In this document: positions 1-9,684 of the stretch, one piece after another
Layout: every line of letters starts with the position of its first letter
Position numbering within the stretch: position 1 is the stretch's first letter
NCBI GenBank assembly: GCA_963668675.2
Contig: CAXXMB010000002.1
Coordinates: 2,080,001-2,144,000 of the forward strand
Reading direction: 5' to 3'
DNA: 64,000 bases
Source: an uncultured Desulfatitalea sp.
GTDB taxonomy: Bacteria; Desulfobacterota; Desulfobacteria; Desulfobacterales; Desulfosarcinaceae
The notes under the pieces: generated by a model
Database searches by the model: none
Seen by the model: only the letters and a program-made list of their open reading frames with translations
What the model was told of the DNA's origin: nothing
Position numbers and translations under genes: made by a program

Positions 1-477
1 TTAGGTCTGGTTGCCTGGAAGGGAGAGGACGTGCTCGGCGAATTTGAGCGCCTCTTCGTTCTGGGAGCAGGCCGGGCACAACCCCAAAAACTCCAGCCGA
101 TGCCCCATGATCGTATAGACGGTGGCCCCGTACAATTCGTCTTCGAGGCGGTTTAGCGGAGCGATGGGGGCGTCATCCACACGATCGCAGTTGACACATC
201 GAATGTGGTAGTGTTTCTGCGGAACGCCATCGTAACGCTTCTGGCTGCCGCTCACCTCGAGGGTCTGAATCTCGCCAAGCGAGGTAAGGATTTCCAGATT
301 GCGGTAAACCGTCCCCAGGCTAATTCGCGGTAATCGTTTACGAACCAGTTCGTACAGCTGATCGGCGGTAGGGTGGATGTTCTCTTTGCGCAACTCCTCC
401 AAAATGACCCGCCGCTGCTGGGTCATGCGCAGTTTGTTGTTGTGTACCATTTGGTTATGGTTATCCAGGCAATCCAT
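1..477 (-). CDS. perR: Fur-family transcriptional repressor, PerR-like
   Basis: TQQRRVIL, HPTADQLY, SLGTVYRNL, HYHIRCVNC and C-terminal CPAC zinc site. Asp rather than Glu in RYD and RVDD is the PerR-type pattern. Confidence 0.85.
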   Translation of the reverse strand: MDCLDNHNQMVHNNKLRMTQQRRVILEELRKENIHPTADQLYELVRKRLPRISLGTVYRNLEILTSLGEIQTLEVSGSQKRYDGVPQKHYHIRCVNCDRVDDAPIAPLNRLEDELYGATVYTIMGHRLEFLGLCPACSQNEEALKFAEHVLSLPGNQT

Positions 478-539
478 CGGTTCTTACCTCGGGCGCCCAT
501 GGCCTCATGGGCACCCGCAGACCTGCAAGGTCGGTTAAA

Positions 540-1724
540 TCATCTTTCATCGATCGGAACAAAACTGCACTCGTCCGGCCCGCAATACTCTCCGACATAC
601 TTGGACCCCGGACGATAGAGCGCGGTTTTCGGCGCCGCCTCGGCATACTGCTCCTCGATGACGTGAGCCGTCCAGCCAGCCACCCGGGATATGGCGAAAA
701 GCGGTGAAAAAAGATCCACCGGGATCCCCATCGAATAGAAGAGTGATGCGCTGTAGAAATCAACATTTACGAAGATATCGGTTCCCTTACGCTCCTTGAA
801 GGCCTTTTTTCCCTCCACCTCAAGAATCTTCGTAATTTCATACCATTTGGTCTCTCCGGCCAGCTCTCCGGCCCGCTTGGACATGGGCGCCAGAATGTGG
901 GCACGGGGGTCATCGGTCTGGTAGACAGCATGCCCCAACCCCATGATCAGTCCGCCTTCGTCCAGCACCTTGTTCACATATTCCCCAACTCGGTCGGGGC
1001 TGCCGATCTCCATCAACATCTGCATCACGCGCACATTGGCCCCCCCGTGCAGTTCTCCGGAGAGGGAGCCGATGGCAGCCGACACGGCAGCATACATGTG
1101 AGCTCTGGTCGAGGCCACCTCCCGCGCCGCAAATGTCGACGCATTGAAGGAGTGCTCGGCGTGCAGAACGAGGCCGACGTCGAAAGAGTGAACCAAGTCC
1201 GGTTCGGGCGTTTCACCAAACAGCATATATAAAAAATTTTCTGCGTGCCCCTTTGCCGGATCAGGCGTTACCGGAGGCTTATCGGTGCGAATTCGTTCCC
1301 AGGCGGCCAGTACCGTCGGCAGCTTGGCAATCAGGCGGATCGCTTTGCGCAAGGCCGCATCCTTGTTGGCATCGGTCGCCTCCTTATCGTGGTTGGCCAA
1401 CATGGGTACAGCGGCCTGCAAGATATCCATCGGCAGGGCATCGGCCGGCCGGGTCTTAAGCGCATCGATCAGCGCCGCGGGAATTTCACGCTCTGCGGCC
1501 AACTGTTTCTTGAGGCTTTCAAGCTCGCTTTTGTTGGGAAGATGTTCGTATAGAAGCAGGTGTACAACCTCTTCGAATGTGGTCCGCTCAGCCAGATCGG
1601 GCACCAGATAGCCACGATAGATCAACTTCCCCTCTTTTCCGATCACATCGCTGATCTTGGTGCTTGCAACGGTGATACCACGTAAACCGGTATTGATTGT
1701 CGGTTTGCATTCTTCTTCCATCAA
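540..1724 (-). CDS. gltA: Citrate synthase (citrate/2-methylcitrate synthase family)
   Basis: GLRGI, LIYRGY, LHAEHSFNASTF, LHGGAN, GLGHAVY, DPRA, NVDFYS, SRVAGW motifs; AAGGAGG RBS. Confidence 0.93.
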   Translation of the reverse strand: MMEEECKPTINTGLRGITVASTKISDVIGKEGKLIYRGYLVPDLAERTTFEEVVHLLLYEHLPNKSELESLKKQLAAEREIPAALIDALKTRPADALPMDILQAAVPMLANHDKEATDANKDAALRKAIRLIAKLPTVLAAWERIRTDKPPVTPDPAKGHAENFLYMLFGETPEPDLVHSFDVGLVLHAEHSFNASTFAAREVASTRAHMYAAVSAAIGSLSGELHGGANVRVMQMLMEIGSPDRVGEYVNKVLDEGGLIMGLGHAVYQTDDPRAHILAPMSKRAGELAGETKWYEITKILEVEGKKAFKERKGTDIFVNVDFYSASLFYSMGIPVDLFSPLFAISRVAGWTAHVIEEQYAEAAPKTALYRPGSKYVGEYCGPDECSFVPIDER

Positions 1725-2335
1725 CGCCTCCTTTGATCTTCGCCGTTACACCGAAACGATCTCCGGGCGTCGCAGCCCGGTCGCCTCCAGCCAAAATGAG
1801 TGCGCTGCCCGCGCAGCCCCTCTACCTCTGGCGTATACCCGTGTGTGCCCCGCTGCCCAGTGCCCGCTGCAACCGCCAAACCGACTAAATAGCTGGCAGG
1901 GGTGGCGCAGGGCACAATGGTGTTTAACATAGTATCTCGCCGCTCTACAACAATGTCCGCTTACCGCTCTTTTCAAGCGGGAGGCGTTGAACAGGCGCCA
2001 GTTCTTCCTTGGTGGCCATTCGGCATGGACAGTATTTGCGAGCGGCCACTTATTAGGAATCGTTACCATGTATGTGTTGAAAATAAAACCTTAAAATGCT
2101 AAGGATCATGAGGCATCACGTCTTTTACGGATGATCCTTTTCGTATGTCGGCACCGGACAGAAAACAAGCGAAGCAACCGTCAAACAGTGTCATTTCCGG
2201 CATCCGCAAGGGATCCCTTGATATCCAGAACTGAAGATCAAACCCATAAAGCGGCCGGTTGTTCGAGGCACCGTCTCTTTGATATCCAGAGCCTTTGAAC
2301 GCCTGACCGAAGGAGTGGATCAGAGCGGACAGCCC

Positions 2336-3694
2336 ATGCAAAAACTGACCGTTAAAAAGGGCTATCGGTTTCGGATGGCCGGTGCGCCATCCACCGAGTT
2401 GGTTCAACTTCAGGCGCCGGCCCAGGTGGCCGTCCTGCCAGAACGAATTGCCCACATCAAGCCGCGTCTGCGCGTCAAAAAGGGAGACCCGGTCCGAATC
2501 GGATCTCTTCTCTTTGAAGACAAGCGCAACCCGAGTTTTAAGTTCCTGTCGCCTGGAGGTGGAACCGTTCGCGACATCGTGTTCGGACCCCGGCGCGTCA
2601 TCCAGTCCATTGTCATTGATCGGCAGCCCGAGGCGGAACCCGAAGAGCATTTCCCCGCTCTGACGGAATCGGCACTGGAACAGATTGGCCGTGGTCAACT
2701 GACCGACCAAATCCTCAAAGGCGGCATGTGGTGGGTCTTCCGGGAGCTGCCTTTCAGGGATTTGCCGGCGCCCGACACGGTACCGCCGCTCATTATGGTA
2801 AGTATAGATGCCAAGGAGCCTTTCCAGGCAGCCCCGGAGGTCTATCTGAAGGAGCAGGAGCAGTTATTGGCCTATGGCCTGAAAGCGCTCAATGTGCTTG
2901 CACCCGGCAAGGTGGTGGTCTTCGCCGACCACGCCGAAACGGAGCTTGTCCGCAAGACGGGCCAATACTTGACACACACCGTCGCAGGCAATTATCCCAG
3001 CGACGATCCGGGAGCCGTGCTTTATCAGATTAAAACCGAAGCAGCGCAAAACCGCGCCTGGTATGTGTCGGGACAGGATTTGCTTCTGCTGGCCCATCTG
3101 CTGCGCGAAGGTCGCTACCCCACCCGGCGGGTGGTGGCCGTCGGCGGCAGTGCCGCCCCAGAACGACGCCACTATCTGACCCGTATGGGCGCACCGCTGG
3201 CCCAACTGGTCGACCTCGACCGTATAGACGGCAGCGAGCGATTCGTCGTCGGTGGTCTGTTCAGAGGCTATGCCAGCGGCAAGGATGGATTCCTGGGGCT
3301 TTATGAGACGGCGCTCAACGTGGTGCCTGAAGGAGGGCAAGCGGAGTTTCTGGCCCTGTTCAATCCCGGAATTGCCAGGCCCAGCTATTCGCGCACCTTC
3401 CTCTCCATGCTCAACCCCAAAAGCCTGGTGTACAACTGCAACATCCACGGCGACCTGCGGGCCTGTATCGCCTGCATGCACTGCGCCGATGTCTGCCCTG
3501 TGGATCTGCTGCCCCAGATGATATACAAGGCTGTGCTGGCAGAAGAGGTGGAAGAGTACCTCGAGCACGGACTGCTCGATTGCGTGGAGTGCGGGCTGTG
3601 CTCCTATGTCTGCCCATCCAAAATCGAGCTCAGCCAGACGTTTGTGACGGCCAAAAAGGAGTATGCCAAGGAGCGTGCCGGAAAAAGCGACTAG
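2336..3694 (+). CDS. nqrA: Na+-translocating NADH:quinone reductase subunit A with C-terminal 2x[4Fe-4S] motifs
   Basis: N-terminal KKG..AGAP and LFEDKRNP..SPGGG are NqrA-like; first gene of the nqr operon; CIACMHCADVCP and CVECGLCSYVCP at the C-terminus. Start placed at ATG 2336. Confidence 0.9.
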   Translation: MQKLTVKKGYRFRMAGAPSTELVQLQAPAQVAVLPERIAHIKPRLRVKKGDPVRIGSLLFEDKRNPSFKFLSPGGGTVRDIVFGPRRVIQSIVIDRQPEAEPEEHFPALTESALEQIGRGQLTDQILKGGMWWVFRELPFRDLPAPDTVPPLIMVSIDAKEPFQAAPEVYLKEQEQLLAYGLKALNVLAPGKVVVFADHAETELVRKTGQYLTHTVAGNYPSDDPGAVLYQIKTEAAQNRAWYVSGQDLLLLAHLLREGRYPTRRVVAVGGSAAPERRHYLTRMGAPLAQLVDLDRIDGSERFVVGGLFRGYASGKDGFLGLYETALNVVPEGGQAEFLALFNPGIARPSYSRTFLSMLNPKSLVYNCNIHGDLRACIACMHCADVCPVDLLPQMIYKAVLAEEVEEYLEHGLLDCVECGLCSYVCPSKIELSQTFVTAKKEYAKERAGKSD

Positions 3695-3762
3695 CGATCC
3701 TGGCGGTATAAAAACGGAAACGGACCAAAAGAGCCCTCTTAACCTCACGGTGCCATGCGACG

Positions 3763-4947
3763 ATGAATATGATCCGCAGCTTTTTTGAAAGTCAACGCAA
3801 GCATTTTCAAGGTGAAGGCGCCCTGGCGCGCCTGGAACCCTTCTACGAAGCCATGGAGCGGGTCTTTTTCGGCACCGGCGAGGTGACCCGGCAGGCCCCC
3901 CATGCGCGCGACAGCCTTACGGTGCAACGCTATATGATGCTGGTCATCGTGATGCTGCTGCCATGTCTCTTCTTCGGCATGTACAACGTGGGGCTGCAGT
4001 CGTTCAAAGCCACCGGACAATCGCTGGACTTCTGGCCCATGCTGCTGTTCGGCGCCAAAACCGTTATACCGCTGGTCATCATCTCCTACCTCTTCGGTTT
4101 CGGATGGGAAATCGTCTTTGCGACCGTCCGCCGCCACCCGATCAGCGAGGGCGTTTTTGTCACCGCCATGCTCTTCCCCCTCACCCTGCCGCCCACAACT
4201 CCCTGGTGGCAGGCGGCATTGGGGATCTCTTTCGGCGTCATTCTCGGCAAGGAGGTCTTTGGCGGCACCGGCCGCAACTTCCTCAATCCCGCCTTGACCG
4301 GCCGGGCCTTTCTTTACTTCGCCTACCCGATTCAGATGTCCGGCGATGCCGTTTGGACGGCTGTGTACAACAGCGGCAATCAGGCTGTCGATGCGGTGTC
4401 GGCCGCTACTCCGCTGGCAGTGGCCACCACTGCGCCGGCCACCCAATCGGTTGAGCACGCGCTGAATACGGCCGGATATGACTTCAGCACCCTCTTCTTG
4501 GGTCTCTACCCGGACAGCATCGGCGCATCCTCAACCCTGTTGTGCTTGATCGGTGCCGTGGTTCTCATCTTTATCGGCGTGGCCAGTTACCGCATCATAA
4601 TAGGGGACATCCTGGGTATCCTGGCCATCGGTTACGCACTCAACCTTTTTGCCGGCGAGACTTCGGCCCCCTATTGGAGCATGAACCCGTTTTACCACCT
4701 GCTGATCGGTGGAACGGCCTTTGGGATCGCCTACATGAGCACCGATCCGGTATCGGCCCCCGACACCCATGCCGCCCGATGGATCTACGGCTTTTTCATC
4801 GGTGCACTGACCGTGTTGATCCGGGTCTTCAATCCCGCTTTTCCGGAGGGGATCATGCTCGCCATCTTGTTCATGAATGTGTTTGCCCCCCTGCTGGACC
4901 ACATGGTGATCCGGCTGAGGATTCGCAGAAGGATAGCCAATACGTAG
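3763..4947 (+). CDS. nqrB: Na+-NQR subunit B
   Basis: KEVFGGTGRNFLNPAL, FMN site DAVSAATPL, STDPVS, FPEG, APLLDH; multiple TM helices. Confidence 0.95.
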   Translation: MNMIRSFFESQRKHFQGEGALARLEPFYEAMERVFFGTGEVTRQAPHARDSLTVQRYMMLVIVMLLPCLFFGMYNVGLQSFKATGQSLDFWPMLLFGAKTVIPLVIISYLFGFGWEIVFATVRRHPISEGVFVTAMLFPLTLPPTTPWWQAALGISFGVILGKEVFGGTGRNFLNPALTGRAFLYFAYPIQMSGDAVWTAVYNSGNQAVDAVSAATPLAVATTAPATQSVEHALNTAGYDFSTLFLGLYPDSIGASSTLLCLIGAVVLIFIGVASYRIIIGDILGILAIGYALNLFAGETSAPYWSMNPFYHLLIGGTAFGIAYMSTDPVSAPDTHAARWIYGFFIGALTVLIRVFNPAFPEGIMLAILFMNVFAPLLDHMVIRLRIRRRIANT

Positions 4948-4992
4948 TCAGACGCAACGCCGTCTCCGCAGCGGCGCCAGGGACAGACAGAG

Positions 4993-5706
4993 ATGCCCAA
5001 TGCATTAAAATCACTCATTTTCGCCACTGTGCTGTGCGTGGTCTGCAGCCTGCTGCTCACCGCCGCCAGCACAGGTTTGCAATCGTTTCAGCAAAAAAAT
5101 GCCGAAGTGGATCGACAAAAAAACATTCTGCTCGCCTTCGGCATCATCGCGGACGGCCAGCCTGTCACATCCGCCCAGATCGAGAAGCTGTATCACGACA
5201 AGGTCAAAAGCCTCGTAGTGGACGAAAGCGGACGGCTCGTTCCCGAAGATCAGCGCAGCCCGAAGGACCTGCCACTCTATGTCTACATTGAGGATGACCA
5301 GCTGCAGGCCTACGTCGTGCCCATCGACTCCAGGGGGTTGTGGGGTAAAATTCACGGCTATTTGGCCATCGAGAACGACGGCGCCACCATCCGGGGCTTT
5401 ACCGTCTACAAGCACCAGGAGACCCCCGGTCTTGGCGGCGAGATTGAGAGCCGCTGGTTTCGCAAGAATTTCAAAGGCAAAAAAATCGTGAACAGCGGCG
5501 GAGACTTCGTCTCCATCAAGATCGCCAAGGGCAGCGCAGAGGGGTCGGTGACCGCCGACCGGCAGATCAACTACGTGGACGGCATCAGCGGCGCCACCAT
5601 GACCGGCAAATTCCTCAGCGAAGGGATGAAACAGATCCTCAAGGAGTATGAACCGGTCGCCATACAGTTCCGGCATAAAAACAACCGCTACTTGAGAAGC
5701 GAGTAG
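4993..5706 (+). CDS. nqrC: Na+-NQR subunit C
   Basis: N-terminal TM anchor, [16 protein letters not shown]-attachment motif DGISGATMT. Confidence 0.95.
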   Translation: MPNALKSLIFATVLCVVCSLLLTAASTGLQSFQQKNAEVDRQKNILLAFGIIADGQPVTSAQIEKLYHDKVKSLVVDESGRLVPEDQRSPKDLPLYVYIEDDQLQAYVVPIDSRGLWGKIHGYLAIENDGATIRGFTVYKHQETPGLGGEIESRWFRKNFKGKKIVNSGGDFVSIKIAKGSAEGSVTADRQINYVDGISGATMTGKFLSEGMKQILKEYEPVAIQFRHKNNRYLRSE

Positions 5707-5713
5707 AAGAACA

Positions 5714-6337
5714 ATGTCAAAGCTAACCAAAAGCCCAACATTCAGAGCCATCTCCGAAGCGCTATGGCAGTCCAACCCAATCTCCAAACAGATTCTGGGG
5801 ATCTGCTCGGCCCTGGCTGTTACGGTGCAATTGAAAACCGCCGTGGTCATGGGATTGGCGCTCACCTTCGTGGTGGCCTTCTCCAACCTGTTCATCTCGC
5901 TGCTCCGACGGCAGATTCCGAGGAACATCCGCATCATCGTCGAAGTTGCGGTGATCGCCACGCTGGTGATCCTCGCCGATGAGTTCCTGCGCGCCTTCAT
6001 GTACGATATCAGCAAGCAGCTCTCGGTTTTCGTGGGTCTGATCATCACCAACTGTATCGTTATGGGACGCGCCGAGACATTCGCCATGGGCAACCCGCCC
6101 TGGCGCAGCTTCGTGGACGGTTTGGCCAACGGTGTCGGCTACGCCTCGATCCTGTGCGGGGTCGCCTTTTTCCGCGAGCTGTTGGGATCGGGTAAGCTCT
6201 TCGGCTTTCAGGTGATTCCCGACAGTTTTTATGCTGCAGGCTACCACGATATGGGCCTGATGCTTCTGGCACCAGGCGCGTTTATCACCATCGGCCTGTT
6301 TGTCTGGCTGGAGCACACGCTGTTGAAGGACAAGTAA
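5714..6337 (+). CDS. nqrD: Na+-NQR subunit D
   Basis: [41 protein letters not shown]. Confidence 0.96.
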   Translation: MSKLTKSPTFRAISEALWQSNPISKQILGICSALAVTVQLKTAVVMGLALTFVVAFSNLFISLLRRQIPRNIRIIVEVAVIATLVILADEFLRAFMYDISKQLSVFVGLIITNCIVMGRAETFAMGNPPWRSFVDGLANGVGYASILCGVAFFRELLGSGKLFGFQVIPDSFYAAGYHDMGLMLLAPGAFITIGLFVWLEHTLLKDK

Positions 6338-6945
6338 TGGAAAATCTGTTCAGCCTTTTCGTCAATTCGGTTTTCGTGGGTAATATCTTACTGGCCTACT
6401 TTCTAGGGATGTGCTCCTACCTGTCGGTCTCCCAAAACCTGCAAACCAGCCTGGGGTTAGGCCTGGCCGTCACCTTCGTCATGACCATCACCACGCCGGC
6501 CAACTGGCTGCTCTATCACTACCTGCTGGCACCGGGCGCACTCTCATGGGCCGGGCTGCCGGATGTGGACCTGGGCTTTTTGAAGCTGGTGCTCTTCATC
6601 GCCACCATCGCCGGCATCGTGCAGGTGGTCGAAATGGTCATCGATCGATATTCCCAGGGACTTTACAATGCCCTTGGCGTATTTTTACCATTAATTACAG
6701 TAAACTGCGCTATACTAGGCGCATCGCTCTTCATGGTCGAACGGCGCTACACCTTTGCCGAGACCATGGTTTATGGTTTTGGTTCGGGTCTCGGATGGAT
6801 GCTGGCCATCGTGGCCATGGCCACGATCATGCAGAAACTGCGCTATGCGGACGTACCCGAAGGGCTGCATGGATTCGGCATCCGCATGATCGTCACCGGC
6901 CTGATGGCCATGGCGTTCATGCTCTTTTCCGGCATCACATTGTAG
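6337..6945 (+). CDS. nqrE: Na+-NQR subunit E
   Basis: [27 protein letters not shown], terminal FSGI; TAATG overlap with nqrD. Confidence 0.96.
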   Translation: MENLFSLFVNSVFVGNILLAYFLGMCSYLSVSQNLQTSLGLGLAVTFVMTITTPANWLLYHYLLAPGALSWAGLPDVDLGFLKLVLFIATIAGIVQVVEMVIDRYSQGLYNALGVFLPLITVNCAILGASLFMVERRYTFAETMVYGFGSGLGWMLAIVAMATIMQKLRYADVPEGLHGFGIRMIVTGLMAMAFMLFSGITL

Positions 6946-6971
6946 GTCGCGCTCATTCGAAGAAGGAGGCT

Positions 6972-8207
6972 ATGTCCTATATGCCTGCAATATATCTGAT
7001 AAGTCTGGCGGTCTTTCTGGGCGTGATCCTGACGCTGGTGGGCATTCTGCTTCTGGTGGAGTCTCAGCTGACTGTCAAGGGCGACCAGCGCATCGTGATC
7101 AACGGCGACGAGAGCAAAAGTGTCTCGACCCCCGGCGGTAAAACGCTGCTCAGCGCATTGATAGAGAACCAGATTTACCTGCCCAGCGCCTGTGGCGGAA
7201 AGGGCACCTGCGGCACGTGCAAGTGCAAAGTGATCGAAGGGGGCGGTGACATCCTGCCGACCGAATTATCCCTGGTCAGCCGCAAGGAGCGCACCGAGCA
7301 GATCCGCCTGGCCTGCCAGGTCAAGGTCAAACAGGAGATGGCCATCCGCATCCCTGATGAAATTTTCAACATCCAGAAGTACACCGCCACCGTGGTCTCC
7401 AACGACAATGTGGCCACCTTTATCAAGGAGCTCGCCATCAAGCTCGACGACGGCCAGACCATTCAGTTCAAAGCCGGGGCCTATATGCAAATCGACATCC
7501 CCGAATACGAGGCCGACTTCAAGAATTTCAGCGTGGCCGAGCGGTACAAGGCGGCCTGGAAGCAGTTTAACCTTCTGACCCTCAAGGCCAAATCGGACGA
7601 ACCGGCCAATCGGGCCTACTCGCTGGCAAATCCGCCCATTGAGACCGATCTGCTGAGGTTTACCATCCGCATCGCCACACCGCCGCCAGGTGTGGAGGCC
7701 GCCCCTCCCGGTGTGGGCAGTTCCTACGTGTTCAACCTCAAACCCGGCGATCGGGTGACGATCAGCGGTCCGTACGGCGATTTTTTTGCCAAAGAGACCG
7801 AGCGGGAGATGTGTTTTTTGGGCGGCGGCGCCGGAATGGCACCCCTGCGCAGCCATATCCGCCAGCAGTTATTGGCGGAAAACACCAAGCGACGCATTAC
7901 ATTTTGGTACGGCGCCCGGTCCCGGCAGGAGATGTTCTACGACGAGGAGTTCAAAGAGTTGGAAGAGCGATTTCCTAATTTCAGCTACCATGTCGCACTC
8001 TCCGACCCACAGCCAGAAGACAACTGGGATGGACCAACCGGATTCATCCATCAGGTGGCCAACGAACTCTACCTCTCCCCCCACGAAGATCCGACCGAAA
8101 TCGAATATTATCTCTGTGGACCTCCCCCCATGGTGGCCGCAGTGGAAAAAATGCTGTACGATCTCGGCGTGGAACCTGAGATGATCGCATATGACAAATT
8201 CGGTTAA
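6972..8207 (+). CDS. nqrF: Na+-NQR subunit F (2Fe-2S, FAD, NADH-binding)
   Basis: N-terminal TM helix, SACGGKGTCGTC...RLACQ, RAYSLA, GGGAGMAPLRSHI, YYLCGPP, DKFG. AAGGAGG RBS precedes ATG 6972; the ORF-track extension to 6411 is spurious. Confidence 0.96.
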   Translation: MSYMPAIYLISLAVFLGVILTLVGILLLVESQLTVKGDQRIVINGDESKSVSTPGGKTLLSALIENQIYLPSACGGKGTCGTCKCKVIEGGGDILPTELSLVSRKERTEQIRLACQVKVKQEMAIRIPDEIFNIQKYTATVVSNDNVATFIKELAIKLDDGQTIQFKAGAYMQIDIPEYEADFKNFSVAERYKAAWKQFNLLTLKAKSDEPANRAYSLANPPIETDLLRFTIRIATPPPGVEAAPPGVGSSYVFNLKPGDRVTISGPYGDFFAKETEREMCFLGGGAGMAPLRSHIRQQLLAENTKRRITFWYGARSRQEMFYDEEFKELEERFPNFSYHVALSDPQPEDNWDGPTGFIHQVANELYLSPHEDPTEIEYYLCGPPPMVAAVEKMLYDLGVEPEMIAYDKFG

Positions 8208-8333
8208 GCGGTCCGAAAGGCAGCACATCTTCTATTGACCTGCAACGGAAAAATGAAGTTAAATAGAGTTCATTCAAAAACGGCTTCGACACCTGTGGCG
8301 CACTATTCTCTGACGGATCACATTCCCATCATC

Positions 8334-8377
8334 TGTCTTGACTGAATGAGACACCTGTGTCTCACATGAATGAAATC
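8334..8377. promoter_or_regulatory. Candidate enhancer (UAS) for a sigma54 activator
   Basis: Perfect palindrome TGAGACAC-CT-GTGTCTCA (8347-8364). It can also be read as tandem imperfect TGTCTCA-N6-TGAGACA sites. It lies about 100 bp upstream of a -24/-12 element. Confidence 0.55.
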
Positions 8378-8468
8378 GCGAAACACCTGTGATAACGCCT
8401 TCTGTTCAAGCTCTATTATCTGTTTGAATTAATACCTTATATTATTTGTTCTGGGATAAAACGCCTTC

Positions 8469-8484
8469 TGGCATATTTCTTGAT
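8469..8484 (+). promoter_or_regulatory. Candidate sigma54 (-24/-12) promoter
   Basis: TGGCATATTTCTTGAT has GG-N10-GA spacing (TTGA variant of TTGC), with an AT-rich tract and palindromic UAS upstream. Confidence 0.6.
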
Positions 8485-8590
8485 GTTATCGGTTACCGAT
8501 GGCACGAAACAGGTTGTGGTCATCTTCACCAAAAGAAGAGCCAGAGAAACATTCCGATACACCTTAAACCGAAAACCGCAAGGGGGGTCC

Positions 8591-8776
8591 ATGAAAATCA
8601 CAGTAGAAAAAAACATCGTTGAGTTTGTACCCGAAAACACATTGGAGACGGCCGATCTGGAGAAGCTGTGGAACACGATCGTCGATTGCGTCAAATTCAA
8701 CAAAAAATTGGTTCCCATCGGAGAGTTCGTGCCCCAGAAGTCCAATCTGGCGCGCTTTACCATTGAAGATAAGTAA
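8591..8776 (+). CDS. Small hypothetical protein (61 aa)
   Basis: AGGGGG RBS then ATG 8591; MKITVEKN...FTIEDK has natural composition; first gene after the putative sigma54 promoter. Confidence 0.75.
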   Translation: MKITVEKNIVEFVPENTLETADLEKLWNTIVDCVKFNKKLVPIGEFVPQKSNLARFTIEDK

Positions 8777-8834
8777 TTTGTTGGATTCATAGAAACAAGC
8801 GTAACTAAAAATGAATTTGAATGAGGAGGCAGGT

Positions 8835-9275
8835 ATGCACAAGGTATTGGTGGCTTACATCAGCAGGACAGGCATGACGGAAAAAATGGCCAACTTAATC
8901 GCCGAGGGCGTCCGCATGGGCGGCCAGGATGCAGTCGTTTGTAAAATTGGAGAGATCAAAAGTGAAAAGGATTTGGAGGGCTACGATGGCTATATCTTCG
9001 GCTGCCCCACCTACCATCGCGATATGACCAACGGGATGAAGTCCTTCCTGTTTCTGGCTCAAAAAGCCAACCTGACCGGCAAAATGGGCGGCGCCTTCTG
9101 CTCATATACCCACAGCGGCGAATCAGGACCCATGATTTTCGATACCATGCAGCATGTCTATAAGATGGATATGGTTGATTTGGGTGCGCTTAACCTGAAG
9201 GAGCATGTCATCGATACCCAGGACGGCACCAAAGCCTGCCAGGATTATGGTCGAAACCTGTCGGGTAAGCTTTAA
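8835..9275 (+). CDS. Flavodoxin-domain protein
   Basis: AYISRTGMTEKMA FMN-phosphate loop, FGCPTY, GGAFCSY; GAGGAGG RBS before ATG 8835. Confidence 0.9.
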   Translation: MHKVLVAYISRTGMTEKMANLIAEGVRMGGQDAVVCKIGEIKSEKDLEGYDGYIFGCPTYHRDMTNGMKSFLFLAQKANLTGKMGGAFCSYTHSGESGPMIFDTMQHVYKMDMVDLGALNLKEHVIDTQDGTKACQDYGRNLSGKL

Positions 9276-9351
9276 CAGCAGCGGTTGGATGCGTCGATTC
9301 GCCGTCACATTGGACTGAGGGCGAATCGGCGCAAACGTCCACCAGTGAGAA

Positions 9352-9684
9352 CTAAAACGCCATCTTCTCCGGGGGACGTCTTTCTGGTACATATTCATGG
9401 GGAATGGTCTCATCGTTCCAAGCCTGGGAAACATAGAGGTTGCAGTAGCAGCTTCCGAACGCTTCCACATCCGGTTCCCGATAGACGCATGGGCAGATGA
9501 TGTCTTTGTCTTGTTCGCGATCACCCGATGCCAATCGGCACGGACACGCCATGTATCCGTAACGCGCCTTGTTCTCCAGCAACGCATCGAGCAATTCGAA
9601 AACACGCTCTTTGTCATTGCTGAAATAGTAACCTTTGGCTTCTTGAACTCGCTTCAGATTTTCATACAGTTGTTGCCTGTCCAT
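9352..9684 (-). CDS. Ferredoxin:thioredoxin reductase catalytic subunit
   Basis: CPCR...CPC...CYC six-cysteine signature; VPERRP. Confidence 0.92.
   Translation of the reverse strand: MDRQQLYENLKRVQEAKGYYFSNDKERVFELLDALLENKARYGYMACPCRLASGDREQDKDIICPCVYREPDVEAFGSCYCNLYVSQAWNDETIPHEYVPERRPPEKMAF

Noticed and set aside
6411..6971. N-terminal extension of the nqrF ORF suggesting a fusion or frameshift
   Set aside because: It overlaps intact nqrE in another frame, and a strong RBS precedes ATG 6972.
8500..8515. TGGCACG as a second sigma54 site
   Set aside because: No TTGC-like -12 element at the required spacing.
8591..8776. Small ORF after nqrF as NqrM maturation factor
   Set aside because: It lacks the TM helix and Cys-rich motif, and it has its own upstream promoter elements.
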